A stretch of 64,000 nucleotides of DNA. Origin: Candidatus Eiseniibacteriota bacterium (lineage in GTDB: Bacteria; Eisenbacteria; RBG-16-71-46). Positions 32,343 through 41,803 of this stretch are shown in pieces. The stretch is from NCBI GenBank assembly GCA_963707915.1, contig OY970178.1, positions 416,001-480,000 of the forward strand, in the 5' to 3' direction. The notes beneath the pieces are model-generated. The model did no database searches. It saw only the letters and a program-made list of their open reading frames with translations, and was not told where the DNA came from. The first letter of the stretch is position 1; each line of letters starts with the position of its first letter. Position numbers and translations under genes: made by a program.

Positions 32343-35308
32343 GACTCCATCCTCTCAGGCAATGGAGCCTCCGGGAAACCCGGCGCGGTTCACTAGCGTG
32401 AACGTGCCAATCTGCACCGCCGATAGCGCGCAGTAATCCGCCACCATCGTCTCAGATGGAGCGGGTGGGGCCATCGTCGCCTGGGAGGACTGGCGCAACG
32501 GCAACTGGGACATCTACGCTCAGCGCATCTCGGCCACCGGCACACCACTGTGGTCGGCCAACGGCGTAGCGATCAGCACCGCCACCAACTATCAGACGCG
32601 CCCCGCCATCGCCTCGGACGGCGCAGGCGGGGCCATCATCGTCTGGACAGACTACCGTAACGGCATCGACAACACCGACATATACGCCCAGCGGATCTCA
32701 GCCGATGGCATGGTCCAGTGGACGGCCAACGGCGTGGCCCTCTGCACCACCAGCAGTTACAACTATTCCGGCCTGATTGCCCCGACCATCACTTCGGACG
32801 GCGCGGGCGGCGCCATCGTCGCCTGGGGCGACTACCGAAACCGCGGCGCGGACTTCTACGCCCAGCGGATCTCGGCCGCCGGCGAGGTTCAGTGGACGGC
32901 CAACGGCGTATCGATCAGCACCGACACCAATGGGCAGGGAGTCGCCATCGCCTCGGACGGCGCAGGCGGGGCCATCATCGCCTGGGGCGCCAACCCCCTA
33001 GACATAGATGGGGACCGCGCTTTCGCCCAGCGGGTCTCGGCCACGGGCGCGGTCCTGTGGGCTGTCGGTGGCGTGCTGCTATCCACCGATATGTGGGGCC
33101 GGAAGCTCCCCACCATCGTTTCGGACGGTGCCGGCGGGGCCATCGTCAGTTGGTGTGACGAAGACGCCTGCGCCCAGCGGATCTCGGCCACCGGTACGCT
33201 CCTATGGACGACCGCCGGCGTGAGACTCGGCCGCAGTTCTTATATTAATGGTCATAGTCCACGTATCGCCTCGGACGGCACGGGCGGGGCCATCGTCACC
33301 TGGTACGACCGCCGCGATGGAGTGCCCCCTGTCATCTATGCCCAGCGGATCTCAGCCGATGGCACGGTCCAGTGGACGGCCAACGGCGTGGCCCTCTGCA
33401 CGCCCACCTACCGGGACCAGCGCTGCCCCACCATCGTCTCAGATGGAGCGGGTGGGGCCATCGTCGCCTGGAGGGACAACCGCGAACTCAGCATCTACTT
33501 CGACATCTACGCCCAACGCATCTCTGCTGAAGGCACGGTCCAGTGGGGGGGCGACGGGGTGGCCCTCACCGCTCCCGGCAATCAGGGATACATTTATCAA
33601 TACCCCCCCATCACCTCGGACGGCGCAGGCGGGGCCATCGTCGCCTGGGGCGACTGCCGAAACGGCAACTGGGACATCTACGCTCAGAACGTGAAGGCGA
33701 ACGGCCAACTCGGCGGCGACGTTCCCACCCCCGTGCTGCTCTCGTTCGTCAGCGTCGAGACGGACGCGGACGGCATCCAGCTCACGTGGTTGGCGGGCGG
33801 GAGCATGAGCGCCGTGGCTACCGTCTACCGGTCCGCCGTGGGCGGCGAGTGGACGCGGGTCGCGGAAATCACGGCGGATGGCACGGGCTACCTCCGCTAC
33901 ACGGACCCCATCGACGCCACTGCCACCCGCGTGGGCTACCGGCTCGGCATCGTCGAGGCGGGCGTCGAGGGCTTCTACGGCGAGACCTGGGTGGACCTGC
34001 CGACGGGCGAAGCCTCACTCGCGTTCGCTCTCGACCCCGTGCGCCCGAATCCCTCACGCGGCGGCACGCTGACGGTCCGCTTCTCGCTGCCGACCAACGC
34101 ACCTGCGCGGCTCGACCTTCTCGACGTCGCCGGTCGCCGCATCGCCTCGCATGATGTCGGCATGGGCCAGCACACGCTCGACCTGGGAGCGGGCCAGCAC
34201 CTCGCACCCGGGCTGTACCTGGTGCGCCTGACGCAGGGCGCTAACACGCGCACGACGCGGGTGGCGGTGATCAGATAGTGTGAGGGCCGCAGGATCAGCG
34301 AGAACCGCAGCATCTTACAGCGACAATCACCCCTTCGGAGGCCGCCCATGCACAAGCGTTTCTTCGTTGCGCTCCTCGCCATCCTCCTCGCAGCCGCGTT
34401 GCTCCCCGCCACGGCCAGCGCACAGACACCTCCACCGTACCTCACCCAGTGGGGCACGCAAGGCAGCGGGAACGGGCAGTTCAACGGCCCAGTCGGCGTG
34501 GTGGTGGATGGCAATGGCAGCGTCTACGTGGCGGACCATGGCAACGACCGCATCCAGAAGTTCACCGGCACCGGCACGTACCTCACCCGGTGGGGCACGA
34601 GCGGCACCGGGGACGGGCAGTTCATCGGCCCGAATGGCGTGGCGGTTGACGGCACCGGCAATGTCTACGTGTCGGACTCCGGCAACAAACGCATCCAGAA
34701 GTTCACCAGCGACGGCACGTATCTCACCCAGTGGGGCACGAGCGGCACCGGGGACGGGCAGTTCTTCCGCCCGCAGGGCGTGGCAGTGGATGGCAACGGC
34801 AACGTCTACGTGGCGGACGCCCTCAACTTCAACGACCGCATCCAGAAGTTCACCAGCGACGGCACCTACCTGACGCAGTGGGGCACGACCGGTAGCGGGG
34901 ACGGGCAGTTCAACAACCCATCGAACGTGGCCGTGGATGGCAACGGCAACGTCTACGTGTCGGAATGGGGCAACCACCGCATCCAGAAGTTCACCAGCGA
35001 CAGTACGTACCTCGCCCAGTGGGGCTGGTTCAGCGCCCCGTCTGGCGTGGCGGTTGACGGCAGTGGCAATGTCTACGTGACGGAGTACCAGAACCACCGC
35101 ATCCAGAAGTTCACCAGCACGGGCACCTACCTCACCCGGTGGGGCACGAGCGGCACCGGGGACGGGCAGTTCATCGGCCCGTATGGCGTGGCGGTTGACG
35201 GCAGTGGCAATGTCTACGTGGTGATCCGCTCCCCGTTTCCTGGAGCAGCGGGACTGTCGCAATGAGCTAACCTCGGGGCCTCCTGAACCGCAAGGAGGAG
35301 GACCCAGG

Positions 35309-35575
35309 ATGAAGACCAGCAAGTTCACGGTCGAGCAGATTGCCCAGGCCCTGAAGCGGGTCGAGGGCGGGGTGGTGGTCGGGGAGGTCTGCCGGGAGCT
35401 GGGCATCACCGAGACCACGTTCTACCGCTGGAAGAAGAAGTTCGGTGGGATCTCCTCACCGGAGCTGCGGGAGCTGCGGCAGCTGCGGGACGAGAACCGA
35501 CGCCTCAAGGCCGTCGTCGCGGACCTGACGCTGGACCGGACGATGCTGCAGGAGGCGCTCCGAAAAAAGTGGTAA
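35309..35575 (+). CDS. IS3 transposase OrfA
   Basis: SKFTVEQI, TFYRWKKKFGG; A6G slippery site at 35563-35569. Confidence 0.9.
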   Translation: MKTSKFTVEQIAQALKRVEGGVVVGEVCRELGITETTFYRWKKKFGGISSPELRELRQLRDENRRLKAVVADLTLDRTMLQEALRKKW

Positions 35576-36450
35576 GGCCGGTCGAGCGCCGCGCCGTGAC
35601 CCGCTGGATGCAGGAGGCCTACCGCGTGAGCTTGCGCAAGGCCTGCCGCGCCTCGGGAACGGCAATGTCCTCGATGCTGTACCGCCCGGTCCGGCCGGAT
35701 CAGACCCCGCTGCGCCAGAGGATCAAGGAGATCGCGACGACCCGGGTGAGCTACGGGTATCGCCGCGTGCAGGTGTTGCTGCGTCGGGAAGGCTGGAAGG
35801 TGAACGCCAAGCGGACGTACCGGCTATATCGGGAAGAAGGGCTCTGTCTGCGGTCGAAACGGCCCAAGCGGCGCCGCAGTGCGGTGCGCCGGCAAGAGAC
35901 ACTCACGGCCACCGGGACCAACCAGCTCTGGGCGATGGACTTCGTGAGCGATGCGCTGGCGGATGGCCGGAAGCTGCGGGTGCTGACGGTGCTCGACACG
36001 TTCACCCGCGAGTGCGTGGCCCTCGAGGTCAGCGGCTCATTCGGCGGCGCCGAGGTCGCCCGGGTGCTGACGCGCGAAGGTGTACGGCGCGGGTTGCCGG
36101 CGGTGATTCACGTGGACAACGGGACGGAGTTCACCTCGAAGGCGTTCGACCACTGGGCCTACGTCAATCACGTGCGGCTGGACTTCAGCCGTCCGGGCAA
36201 GCCGACCGACAACCCCTTCATCGAGAGCTTCAACGCCCAGCTGAGGCGTGAGTGCTTATCGCAACACTACTTTCTGTCTGTCATCGACGCCCGGGTGTCG
36301 CTCGACGCCTGGCGGGAGGAGTACAACAACCGACGGCCCCACGGGAGCTTGGGGCAGCGGACCCCGGCGGAGTATCGTGCCGAGGTCGAAGGAGCCGAGG
36401 CGCCCGAGGAACTCGCTTCGAGCGTGCCCGGCTGCTCCAGTGGCGGGTAG
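35569..36450 (+). CDS. IS3 transposase OrfB
   Basis: YGYRR, WAMDF, VDNGTEF, GKPTDNPFIESFN. Confidence 0.95.
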   Translation: MVRPVERRAVTRWMQEAYRVSLRKACRASGTAMSSMLYRPVRPDQTPLRQRIKEIATTRVSYGYRRVQVLLRREGWKVNAKRTYRLYREEGLCLRSKRPKRRRSAVRRQETLTATGTNQLWAMDFVSDALADGRKLRVLTVLDTFTRECVALEVSGSFGGAEVARVLTREGVRRGLPAVIHVDNGTEFTSKAFDHWAYVNHVRLDFSRPGKPTDNPFIESFNAQLRRECLSQHYFLSVIDARVSLDAWREEYNNRRPHGSLGQRTPAEYRAEVEGAEAPEELASSVPGCSSGG

Positions 36451-36507
36451 CGGATCAGGAACTCGCTTTGAGCGTGCCCGGCTGCTCCAGTGGCGGGTAG
36501 CGGATCA
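36408..36507. repeat. 50-bp tandem duplication of the IS right end
   Basis: 36408-36457 and 36458-36507 differ by one base. Confidence 0.95.
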
Positions 36508-36586
36508 AGAGCACGAGCTGGGGCCGCATCAAGGCGCTGTACCGGTAGCAGCGGTTGCACTGTGTGGAGGCCCCTAAGGAGACGCG

Positions 36587-37186
36587 ATGCCGAGGCTCAT
36601 CATGCAATTCGAACTTGACAGGTGCCCGCACTGCGCAGTCCACAGACCGAGGCTTGCCCGTGTATGGGCTACTACCACCACCGAACACTCGGGGGACCAT
36701 AGGCGCACGTGGGCTGTCTACTGCTGCGCGACCTGCGGCTCTCTCGTGACGGCGTGGGCGTACGGGGAGACGGGTGACGTAATCGATTGGTACCCCAAGC
36801 GTGCCGCAATTGAAGAGTCGGTGCCGAAGGAAGTAGCGCATTACCTCCAGCAGGCTCTGGATACGCTTCACTCACCGGATGGATCCATCATGCTCGCTGC
36901 TTCGGCGGTCGATGCCATGCTCAGGTTAAAGGGGTTGGTGGATGGTTCCCTCAACAGCCGAATCGACAAGGCTGCTAAGGACCATCTCATCACCGAGGAC
37001 ATGGCGCTCTGGGCTCACGACGTGCGGCTCGACGCGAATGCGACGCGGCACGTGGACCCACAGGCCTCTCCCCCCACTTTCGATGACGCCAAGCGAGTCG
37101 CGAACTTCGCCCAGACGCTCGCCGACCTTCTGTTCGTGCTCCCGGAGCGCGTGACACGGGGCCGCAAGTCTCCCTCGGATTCATAG
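36587..37186 (+). CDS. DUF4145-like (HEPN-related) protein with N-terminal zinc ribbon
   Basis: CPHC...CATC; SLNSRIDK, HDVRLDANATRH; AAGGAG RBS. Confidence 0.75.
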   Translation: MPRLIMQFELDRCPHCAVHRPRLARVWATTTTEHSGDHRRTWAVYCCATCGSLVTAWAYGETGDVIDWYPKRAAIEESVPKEVAHYLQQALDTLHSPDGSIMLAASAVDAMLRLKGLVDGSLNSRIDKAAKDHLITEDMALWAHDVRLDANATRHVDPQASPPTFDDAKRVANFAQTLADLLFVLPERVTRGRKSPSDS

Positions 37187-37215
37187 GCCGCTCCCCGCGA
37201 TTAGAGTTCTTGGCG

Positions 37216-37244
37216 TAGACGCCCTCCCCTGCCCGGCGTATCCT
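37216..37244 (+). promoter_or_regulatory. Putative sigma70-type promoter
   Basis: TAGACG-17 nt-TATCCT upstream of 37320. Confidence 0.4.
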
Positions 37245-37319
37245 TACTGCTGGCGGGAGTCGCTTGCCCCTGCGACCGGACCGCGCCCGCCCGGTCGGTT
37301 TCATCCTCGGAGGCCGCCA

Positions 37320-37934
37320 ATGCGTGCCGCTCGCTCTCTAGCTTGCGCTTTACCTCTCGCCTTCGCTCTGCTTCTTGCCGCAGGCGTCCACGGCGAGCCT
37401 CTTCAGGTCGGTCCGGGCTACTTCGGCCCCACCTCCCACCTAGTCAACTTCGACACTAGCCCGGGAGGAACGCAGATTCCCAACCACGCCGTCCTCGGAA
37501 GTATCTACGCCGAGTGGGGCGTCACCTTCGGGGCCAACGACGGGGTCACCAACTGGCCAAACATCGGGACGTCGCTGCCCAACATGGCGTGGGGAAGTTC
37601 TGACGGACTCGAACCGATTGACTGCCTCTTCCCTTCCGGGGTCTACGCGGTCGGTGCCTATGGCTTCGACTTCGCCTTGGAGGCCTTTGACTCGGAAGGC
37701 GGACTCATCTACCGCGTAGCCTACACAGACGGCACAGCGGGTCTCTACAGTCCCAATGAAATCGGGTTCCTAGGTATCGCCAGTGACGTCCCGATTCACC
37801 ACGCGCGCTTCTCGCGGTACTGGTCCGCCCAGTGGGCATTCGGCTTTGAAATTGACGACCTGCGTTTCACCACGGAGCAGCCGGTGCCCACGCGGTCCAC
37901 GACTTGGGGCCGCATCAAGTCCCTGTACCGCTAA
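37320..37934 (+). CDS. Secreted protein with C-terminal TTWGRIKSLYR motif
   Basis: Signal peptide; lectin-like beta domain (FLGI...IDDLRF); PVPTRSTTWGRIKSLYR*. Confidence 0.8.
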   Translation: MRAARSLACALPLAFALLLAAGVHGEPLQVGPGYFGPTSHLVNFDTSPGGTQIPNHAVLGSIYAEWGVTFGANDGVTNWPNIGTSLPNMAWGSSDGLEPIDCLFPSGVYAVGAYGFDFALEAFDSEGGLIYRVAYTDGTAGLYSPNEIGFLGIASDVPIHHARFSRYWSAQWAFGFEIDDLRFTTEQPVPTRSTTWGRIKSLYR

Positions 37935-37945
37935 CGGAGACCGTC

Positions 37946-38359
37946 ATGCACAAGGCAAGAGCGTTCTTCTTCGTCTGCGCGGGAATCTTCCTGCTTGCCA
38001 TCACCTACCACCTTGGAGCGCGGAGTGCGGGGGCGCAGGCGGGTGCCGCCACTGCGAGTGAGGTGGCCGTCGTTTCTGGAACCGCTCATGACATGGACGT
38101 TCTTCCGCTTCCCACATACTCCGATGGCACGGTAGCCAGTGAGAGCGAGTGTCGCTGGATAGTGAGCCTGTACAGCGTGACGTATTATGCTCACTGGGGC
38201 CAGTCGCTCTGTTATACAACAGGGCTCACGGTGCATATTCAGAGTTCTAACGGAGACAACACCGTAAGCTATCTGATCATCGCCACCCGGGGGGCGGCTC
38301 CGCCGACTCCCGCGCAGAGTGTCTCCATCGGCCGACTGAAGGCGAAGTACGCGAAGTGA
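37946..38359 (+). CDS. Small exported protein with FFFVCAG leader and SIGRLKAKYAK tail
   Basis: GGAGA RBS; MHKARAFFFVCAGIFLLA...; PTPAQSVSIGRLKAKYAK*. Confidence 0.75.
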   Translation: MHKARAFFFVCAGIFLLAITYHLGARSAGAQAGAATASEVAVVSGTAHDMDVLPLPTYSDGTVASESECRWIVSLYSVTYYAHWGQSLCYTTGLTVHIQSSNGDNTVSYLIIATRGAAPPTPAQSVSIGRLKAKYAK

Positions 38360-38430
38360 ACGGCGGCTCAAGCCTCGGCGAGTGACCGCGCACCTTGGGT
38401 CATGCAACAAGGACGTGCAAGGAGGAAGAT

Positions 38431-38925
38431 GTGAGCGAAGCGACTTCCGTCACCAGGAGTAGTCCGCAGCCGCCTAGTCTCGAACACCAACTTGAACTTA
38501 TCGTGTCCTCGCGAGTAGGTGTGGACCAGGTAACATGGACCATCTTCAGCATCTTCTGGGCAGCACAGATTCTTCTCATTGGCGTGTTGTTTCAGGGGTC
38601 CGGCTTTCCGCCCAATCCTATGCTTGGGCTCATCGCTTCCGTTCTGGGTATCTTTATGTCGGTGGCTTGGGCTGTCGCACAGAGTCGAGCCTTGTTGCAC
38701 CTTGAGCGATTAGAACATCTCATGGAGTCGGTTGAGAGTGAGCTGCAGCAGACGGGGCATCTTCGCTTTGAGCATCGCATACTCAAGAATCCGACATTTC
38801 CTGGCGTGAAGGCGAGAACCGTGATGCGCATGTGCGCCTGGGGTGCCGCATGTGTCTGGCTAGTGAGCGCTGTGGCGTTCTTGATCTGCGTAATGTGCCC
38901 CGGCGGGTGCTGCCAGCCCCAGTAG
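38431..38925 (+). CDS. Small 3-TM membrane protein, function unknown
   Basis: AAGGAGG RBS before GTG 38431; three hydrophobic helices; lower GC. Confidence 0.7.
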   Translation: MSEATSVTRSSPQPPSLEHQLELIVSSRVGVDQVTWTIFSIFWAAQILLIGVLFQGSGFPPNPMLGLIASVLGIFMSVAWAVAQSRALLHLERLEHLMESVESELQQTGHLRFEHRILKNPTFPGVKARTVMRMCAWGAACVWLVSAVAFLICVMCPGGCCQPQ

Positions 38926-39090
38926 GGGGGCCGCACGGCACCTAGAGGGCCGGGACGCGGGTGGGCGGTGCGGTGTGCTTGGGACCTGAGAGGACGCTGA
39001 GACCGGGACTCGAACGGCGAAGGAAGGACAGCGGCATCAGAGACCGCTGCCCGAACGCGGGGCACACATATGGAAGGTAGGGAGAGAGCG

Positions 39091-39801
39091 ATGATTCCGG
39101 ACTGGTTGTTGACTCTCATCTTGGCCGCATTCAGCCTGATTGCGGGAGGTGTGGGGTTCTATTTCTGGAGGGAGGGGGGGAAGACTGCCGGTCTCTGGAT
39201 CTGGTTCGCGGCGGGGGTCTTGCTTCTGCTTTGGGTGACCCTCCAGATTCAGAAGGGCATTCTCACTGGACGGAATCTCGCTGACACGGCCGTATTCCAC
39301 GGACGACTCGTCCCCGCGAACGAGGAGACGCCCAACGTGCCGGTAGATGCCTGGGTGCTCATGCTCGGGGACAGCTTGCAGGTGCGGACGAGAACCGCGA
39401 GCAACCTACGAGTGTTTACTAAGAATGGCCGCCCATTCTTGAAGCTACGAGTCGTCGATGGCCAACTCCTGGTGTCGGCGTCGGTGATTGACAGCAAGGG
39501 TGACCGCATCGTCCAGATTGTCGACAACGAATTTCAGGCCAGCCAAGAGCGTGCATTCAACCCAAAACAGCCGGATCCAAGTACTCTGGTTGTGCGCGAT
39601 TGCGACGGCGTCGAAGTGCTCAACATTCGTTACGTGAACCCTCGTGTGATTCGAATCGTGGGTCGTTTCTGCCTCCCAGGATACGACGCGCCTGTTGAGA
39701 TTCTCGCGGCCGACGGGATACGTTGGCCTGGGGGAGGAGGCTTGAGTAGCATGACTCTGGAAATGGCGGGCGGAGGGAAGGGTAGCGTGATTGCGTTCTG
39801 A
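39091..39801 (+). CDS. Hypothetical protein, two N-terminal TM helices plus a beta-rich domain
   Basis: Open frame; GGAGAG upstream of ATG 39091; lower GC. Confidence 0.7.
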   Translation: MIPDWLLTLILAAFSLIAGGVGFYFWREGGKTAGLWIWFAAGVLLLLWVTLQIQKGILTGRNLADTAVFHGRLVPANEETPNVPVDAWVLMLGDSLQVRTRTASNLRVFTKNGRPFLKLRVVDGQLLVSASVIDSKGDRIVQIVDNEFQASQERAFNPKQPDPSTLVVRDCDGVEVLNIRYVNPRVIRIVGRFCLPGYDAPVEILAADGIRWPGGGGLSSMTLEMAGGGKGSVIAF

Positions 39802-39958
39802 GTCGTCGCTTTTGGCTAGAACAGGAATATCTCAAGGTCACGGGGCCGGAGCCAGCATGACGGGCAGTGGTCCGTTGTTGTGCAGCGCAGGTTTGCGCGG
39901 CTGAGTCGCGAGTCGGCGAAGCGGTGTGGCGGAGAGACTCACGAAAGCAGGGGGGGCC

Positions 39959-40052
39959 GTGGCTGGTAGACGAGCAAGGTGGCGGTGGTCGGCGGCGCTG
40001 CTGGTGGTCGCCGTCGTGGGCGGCACGGTCGGGTGCGCATCCCAGGAGGATC
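39959..40052 (+). pseudogene. 5' fragment of a lipoprotein gene truncated by IS3
   Basis: MAGRRARWRWSAALLVVAVVGGTVGCASQED (basic region, hydrophobic core, lipobox Cys) ends exactly at the IS. Confidence 0.5.
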
Positions 40053-40125
40053 TGACGTAGCCCCCGGAAGCTGACACAGAACGAGTAGCCAGTCCTCTGC
40101 TAGCCTGAACGGCACGGAGGATCTC

Positions 40126-40395
40126 ATGGCGAGCACGGGGAAGCGTTACAGCGAAGAGCAGATCATCGCGATCCTGAAGGAGGCGGACAGCGCCGGGAAC
40201 GTCGGCGAGCTGATCCGGCGCCACGGGATCTCCGCCCACACCTACTACCGCTGGAAGAGCAAGTACGGTGGCCTGGAGGTGAGCGAGGCGCGGCGGCTCA
40301 AGCAACTCGAGGACGAGAACCGCCGACTTAAGCGGATCGTCGCCGACCAGACGCTGAACATCCAGATCCTGAAGGAAGCGCTGGGAAAAGACTGA
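40126..40395 (+). CDS. IS3 transposase OrfA
   Basis: RYSEEQIIAILKE, YYRWKSKYGG, LEDENRRLK; GGGAAAAG near the end. Confidence 0.9.
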   Translation: MASTGKRYSEEQIIAILKEADSAGNVGELIRRHGISAHTYYRWKSKYGGLEVSEARRLKQLEDENRRLKRIVADQTLNIQILKEALGKD

Positions 40396-40475
40396 CGACG
40401 GCTGCGGCCCGGCGCGCCGCCGTCCTGGAAGCCCGTTCACGCCATGCCGGACTCTCGGAGCGACGCGCCTGCACG

Positions 40476-41243
40476 GTGCTGGGTACGCCGCTGTCGGGCC
40501 AGCGCTATCGATCACGTCGCGCTCCGCAGGAGGCGCTGCGCCAGCGGCTGCGCGAGCTGGCGCTGATCCGGCTGCGCTGGGGCTATCGGCGGTTGCATCG
40601 CGTGCTCACGCGCGAGGGGCTGCGGGTGAACGTCAAGCGCGTCTACCGCCTGTACCGCGAGGAGGGTCTGGCCGTGCGGCGGCGGAAGCGCAAGCGGGTG
40701 GCGGTGGCGCGGCAACCGATGCTGGTGCCGACGCGGCTGAATGAGTGCTGGGCGATGGACTTCATGTCGGACGTGCTGTCGAGCGGACGACGCTATCGGG
40801 TGTTCAATGTGGTTGACGTGCTGAGCCGCGAGGCGCTCGCCGCCGAGGTCGACACCAGCCTGCCGGCGGCTCGGGTGATCCGGGCGCTGGAGGAGATTGC
40901 GATCATGCGAGGCTATCCGGCGCGGATCACGCTCGACAACGGGCCGGAGTTCCGCAGCATGGCGCTGGACACCTGGGCGTACGAGCACGGGGTGGTGCTC
41001 GACTTCATCCAGCCCGGCAAGCCGATCCAGAACAGCATGGTGGAGAGCTACAACGGTCGGATGCGTGACGAGCTGCTCAACCTGCACTGGTGGCGGAGCA
41101 TCGGCGAAGCGCGCGACGCGATCGACGCCTACCGGCAGGACTTCAACGAGGCCCGGCCACACAGCGGCCTCGGTCACAAGACGCCGAGCGAGTTCGCCCG
41201 GCACTATGCGGTAAACTCGAACCCGCAGCGGCTGGCCTCTTGA
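40476..41243 (+). CDS. IS3 transposase OrfB (probably expressed as a frameshift fusion)
   Basis: WGYRRL, WAMDF, DNGPEF, GKPIQNSMVESYN. Confidence 0.92.
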   Translation: MLGTPLSGQRYRSRRAPQEALRQRLRELALIRLRWGYRRLHRVLTREGLRVNVKRVYRLYREEGLAVRRRKRKRVAVARQPMLVPTRLNECWAMDFMSDVLSSGRRYRVFNVVDVLSREALAAEVDTSLPAARVIRALEEIAIMRGYPARITLDNGPEFRSMALDTWAYEHGVVLDFIQPGKPIQNSMVESYNGRMRDELLNLHWWRSIGEARDAIDAYRQDFNEARPHSGLGHKTPSEFARHYAVNSNPQRLAS

Positions 41244-41270
41244 TCTGTACCAGCGTTGGGGGCTACGTCA

Positions 41271-41575
41271 CGGTGCCACTCGCCCCCGAGTTGCTTCAGG
41301 AGGTAGCCGCCCACGTCGGGAGGCTGGTTCCGTTCCGCGAGGCTGACCCCGGCACGTTCAGTTGGCACGTTCGCCAGATGAGCGGGGTAGAGAGGTTCCA
41401 CCCGCACATGCTGCGTCACACGTTCGCCTGCCGGTGGATTGAGCGTGACGGGAGCCTGCCAGCCTTGCAGCAGATTCTGGGCCACGCCTCGATTGCCACA
41501 ACCCAGCGCTACGCCAGGCTGGGTGACGCGGTGGTGAAAGAGCAGGCCTTGAGGGTGCTGGGCGGGACGCTGTAG
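41271..41575 (+). pseudogene. C-terminal fragment of a tyrosine integrase
   Basis: HMLRHTFA, LQQILGH, TTQRY catalytic motifs; N-terminus missing. Confidence 0.9.
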
Positions 41576-41644
41576 CAAATGCGTAGCAAGGGCACGCAGG
41601 GCAGGGGCGCATGTAGCAGGCAGGATTCCCTAACCGCTTGCGGT

Positions 41645-41720
<76 letters not shown>

Positions 41721-41803
41721 GCAGATGCTGCGGGGGCGGCACACCTTAGATGCGCCCGTGGCCCCCGCGCAAGTCGCAGGGCCCGCGGGCGCGGCGCCGC
41801 GGG

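Larger units (their letters stand above)
35222..36507 (+). mobile_element. IS3-family element (IS407-like) with a duplicated right end
   Basis: Left end TGATCCGCT...CTGGAGCAGC; right end GCTGCTCCAG...AGCGGATCA occurs twice (ending 36457 and 36507); no target duplication. Confidence 0.9.
34348..36548 (+). pseudogene. Secreted NHL-repeat protein interrupted by IS3; probable original tail STSWGRIKALYR* lies after the IS
   Basis: Signal peptide; six GVAVDGxGNVYV repeats, the sixth cut at 35221; tail codons at 36510-36548. Confidence 0.8.
40053..41270 (+). mobile_element. IS3-family element (IS407-like) without target duplication
   Basis: IRs TGACGTAGCCCCC / GGGGGCTACGTCA; flanks GATC and CGGT differ. 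Confidence 0.92.

Noticed and set aside
32434..32436. Stop-codon readthrough or recoding
   Set aside because: The codon is TAA in a gene already broken by an IS; a simple nonsense mutation is more likely
34440..35221. Near-identical DNA repeats as a DGR template/variable pair
   Set aside because: They are in-frame NHL repeats and no reverse transcriptase is present in the window
36408..36507. Tandem 50-bp repeat as a mini-CRISPR
   Set aside because: No spacer, it equals the IS3 right end, and no cas genes are present in the window
34278..39830. Integron cassette array
   Set aside because: No attC-like repeats seen between genes by eye, and the integrase is tRNA-adjacent with att repeats; IntegronFinder would confirm
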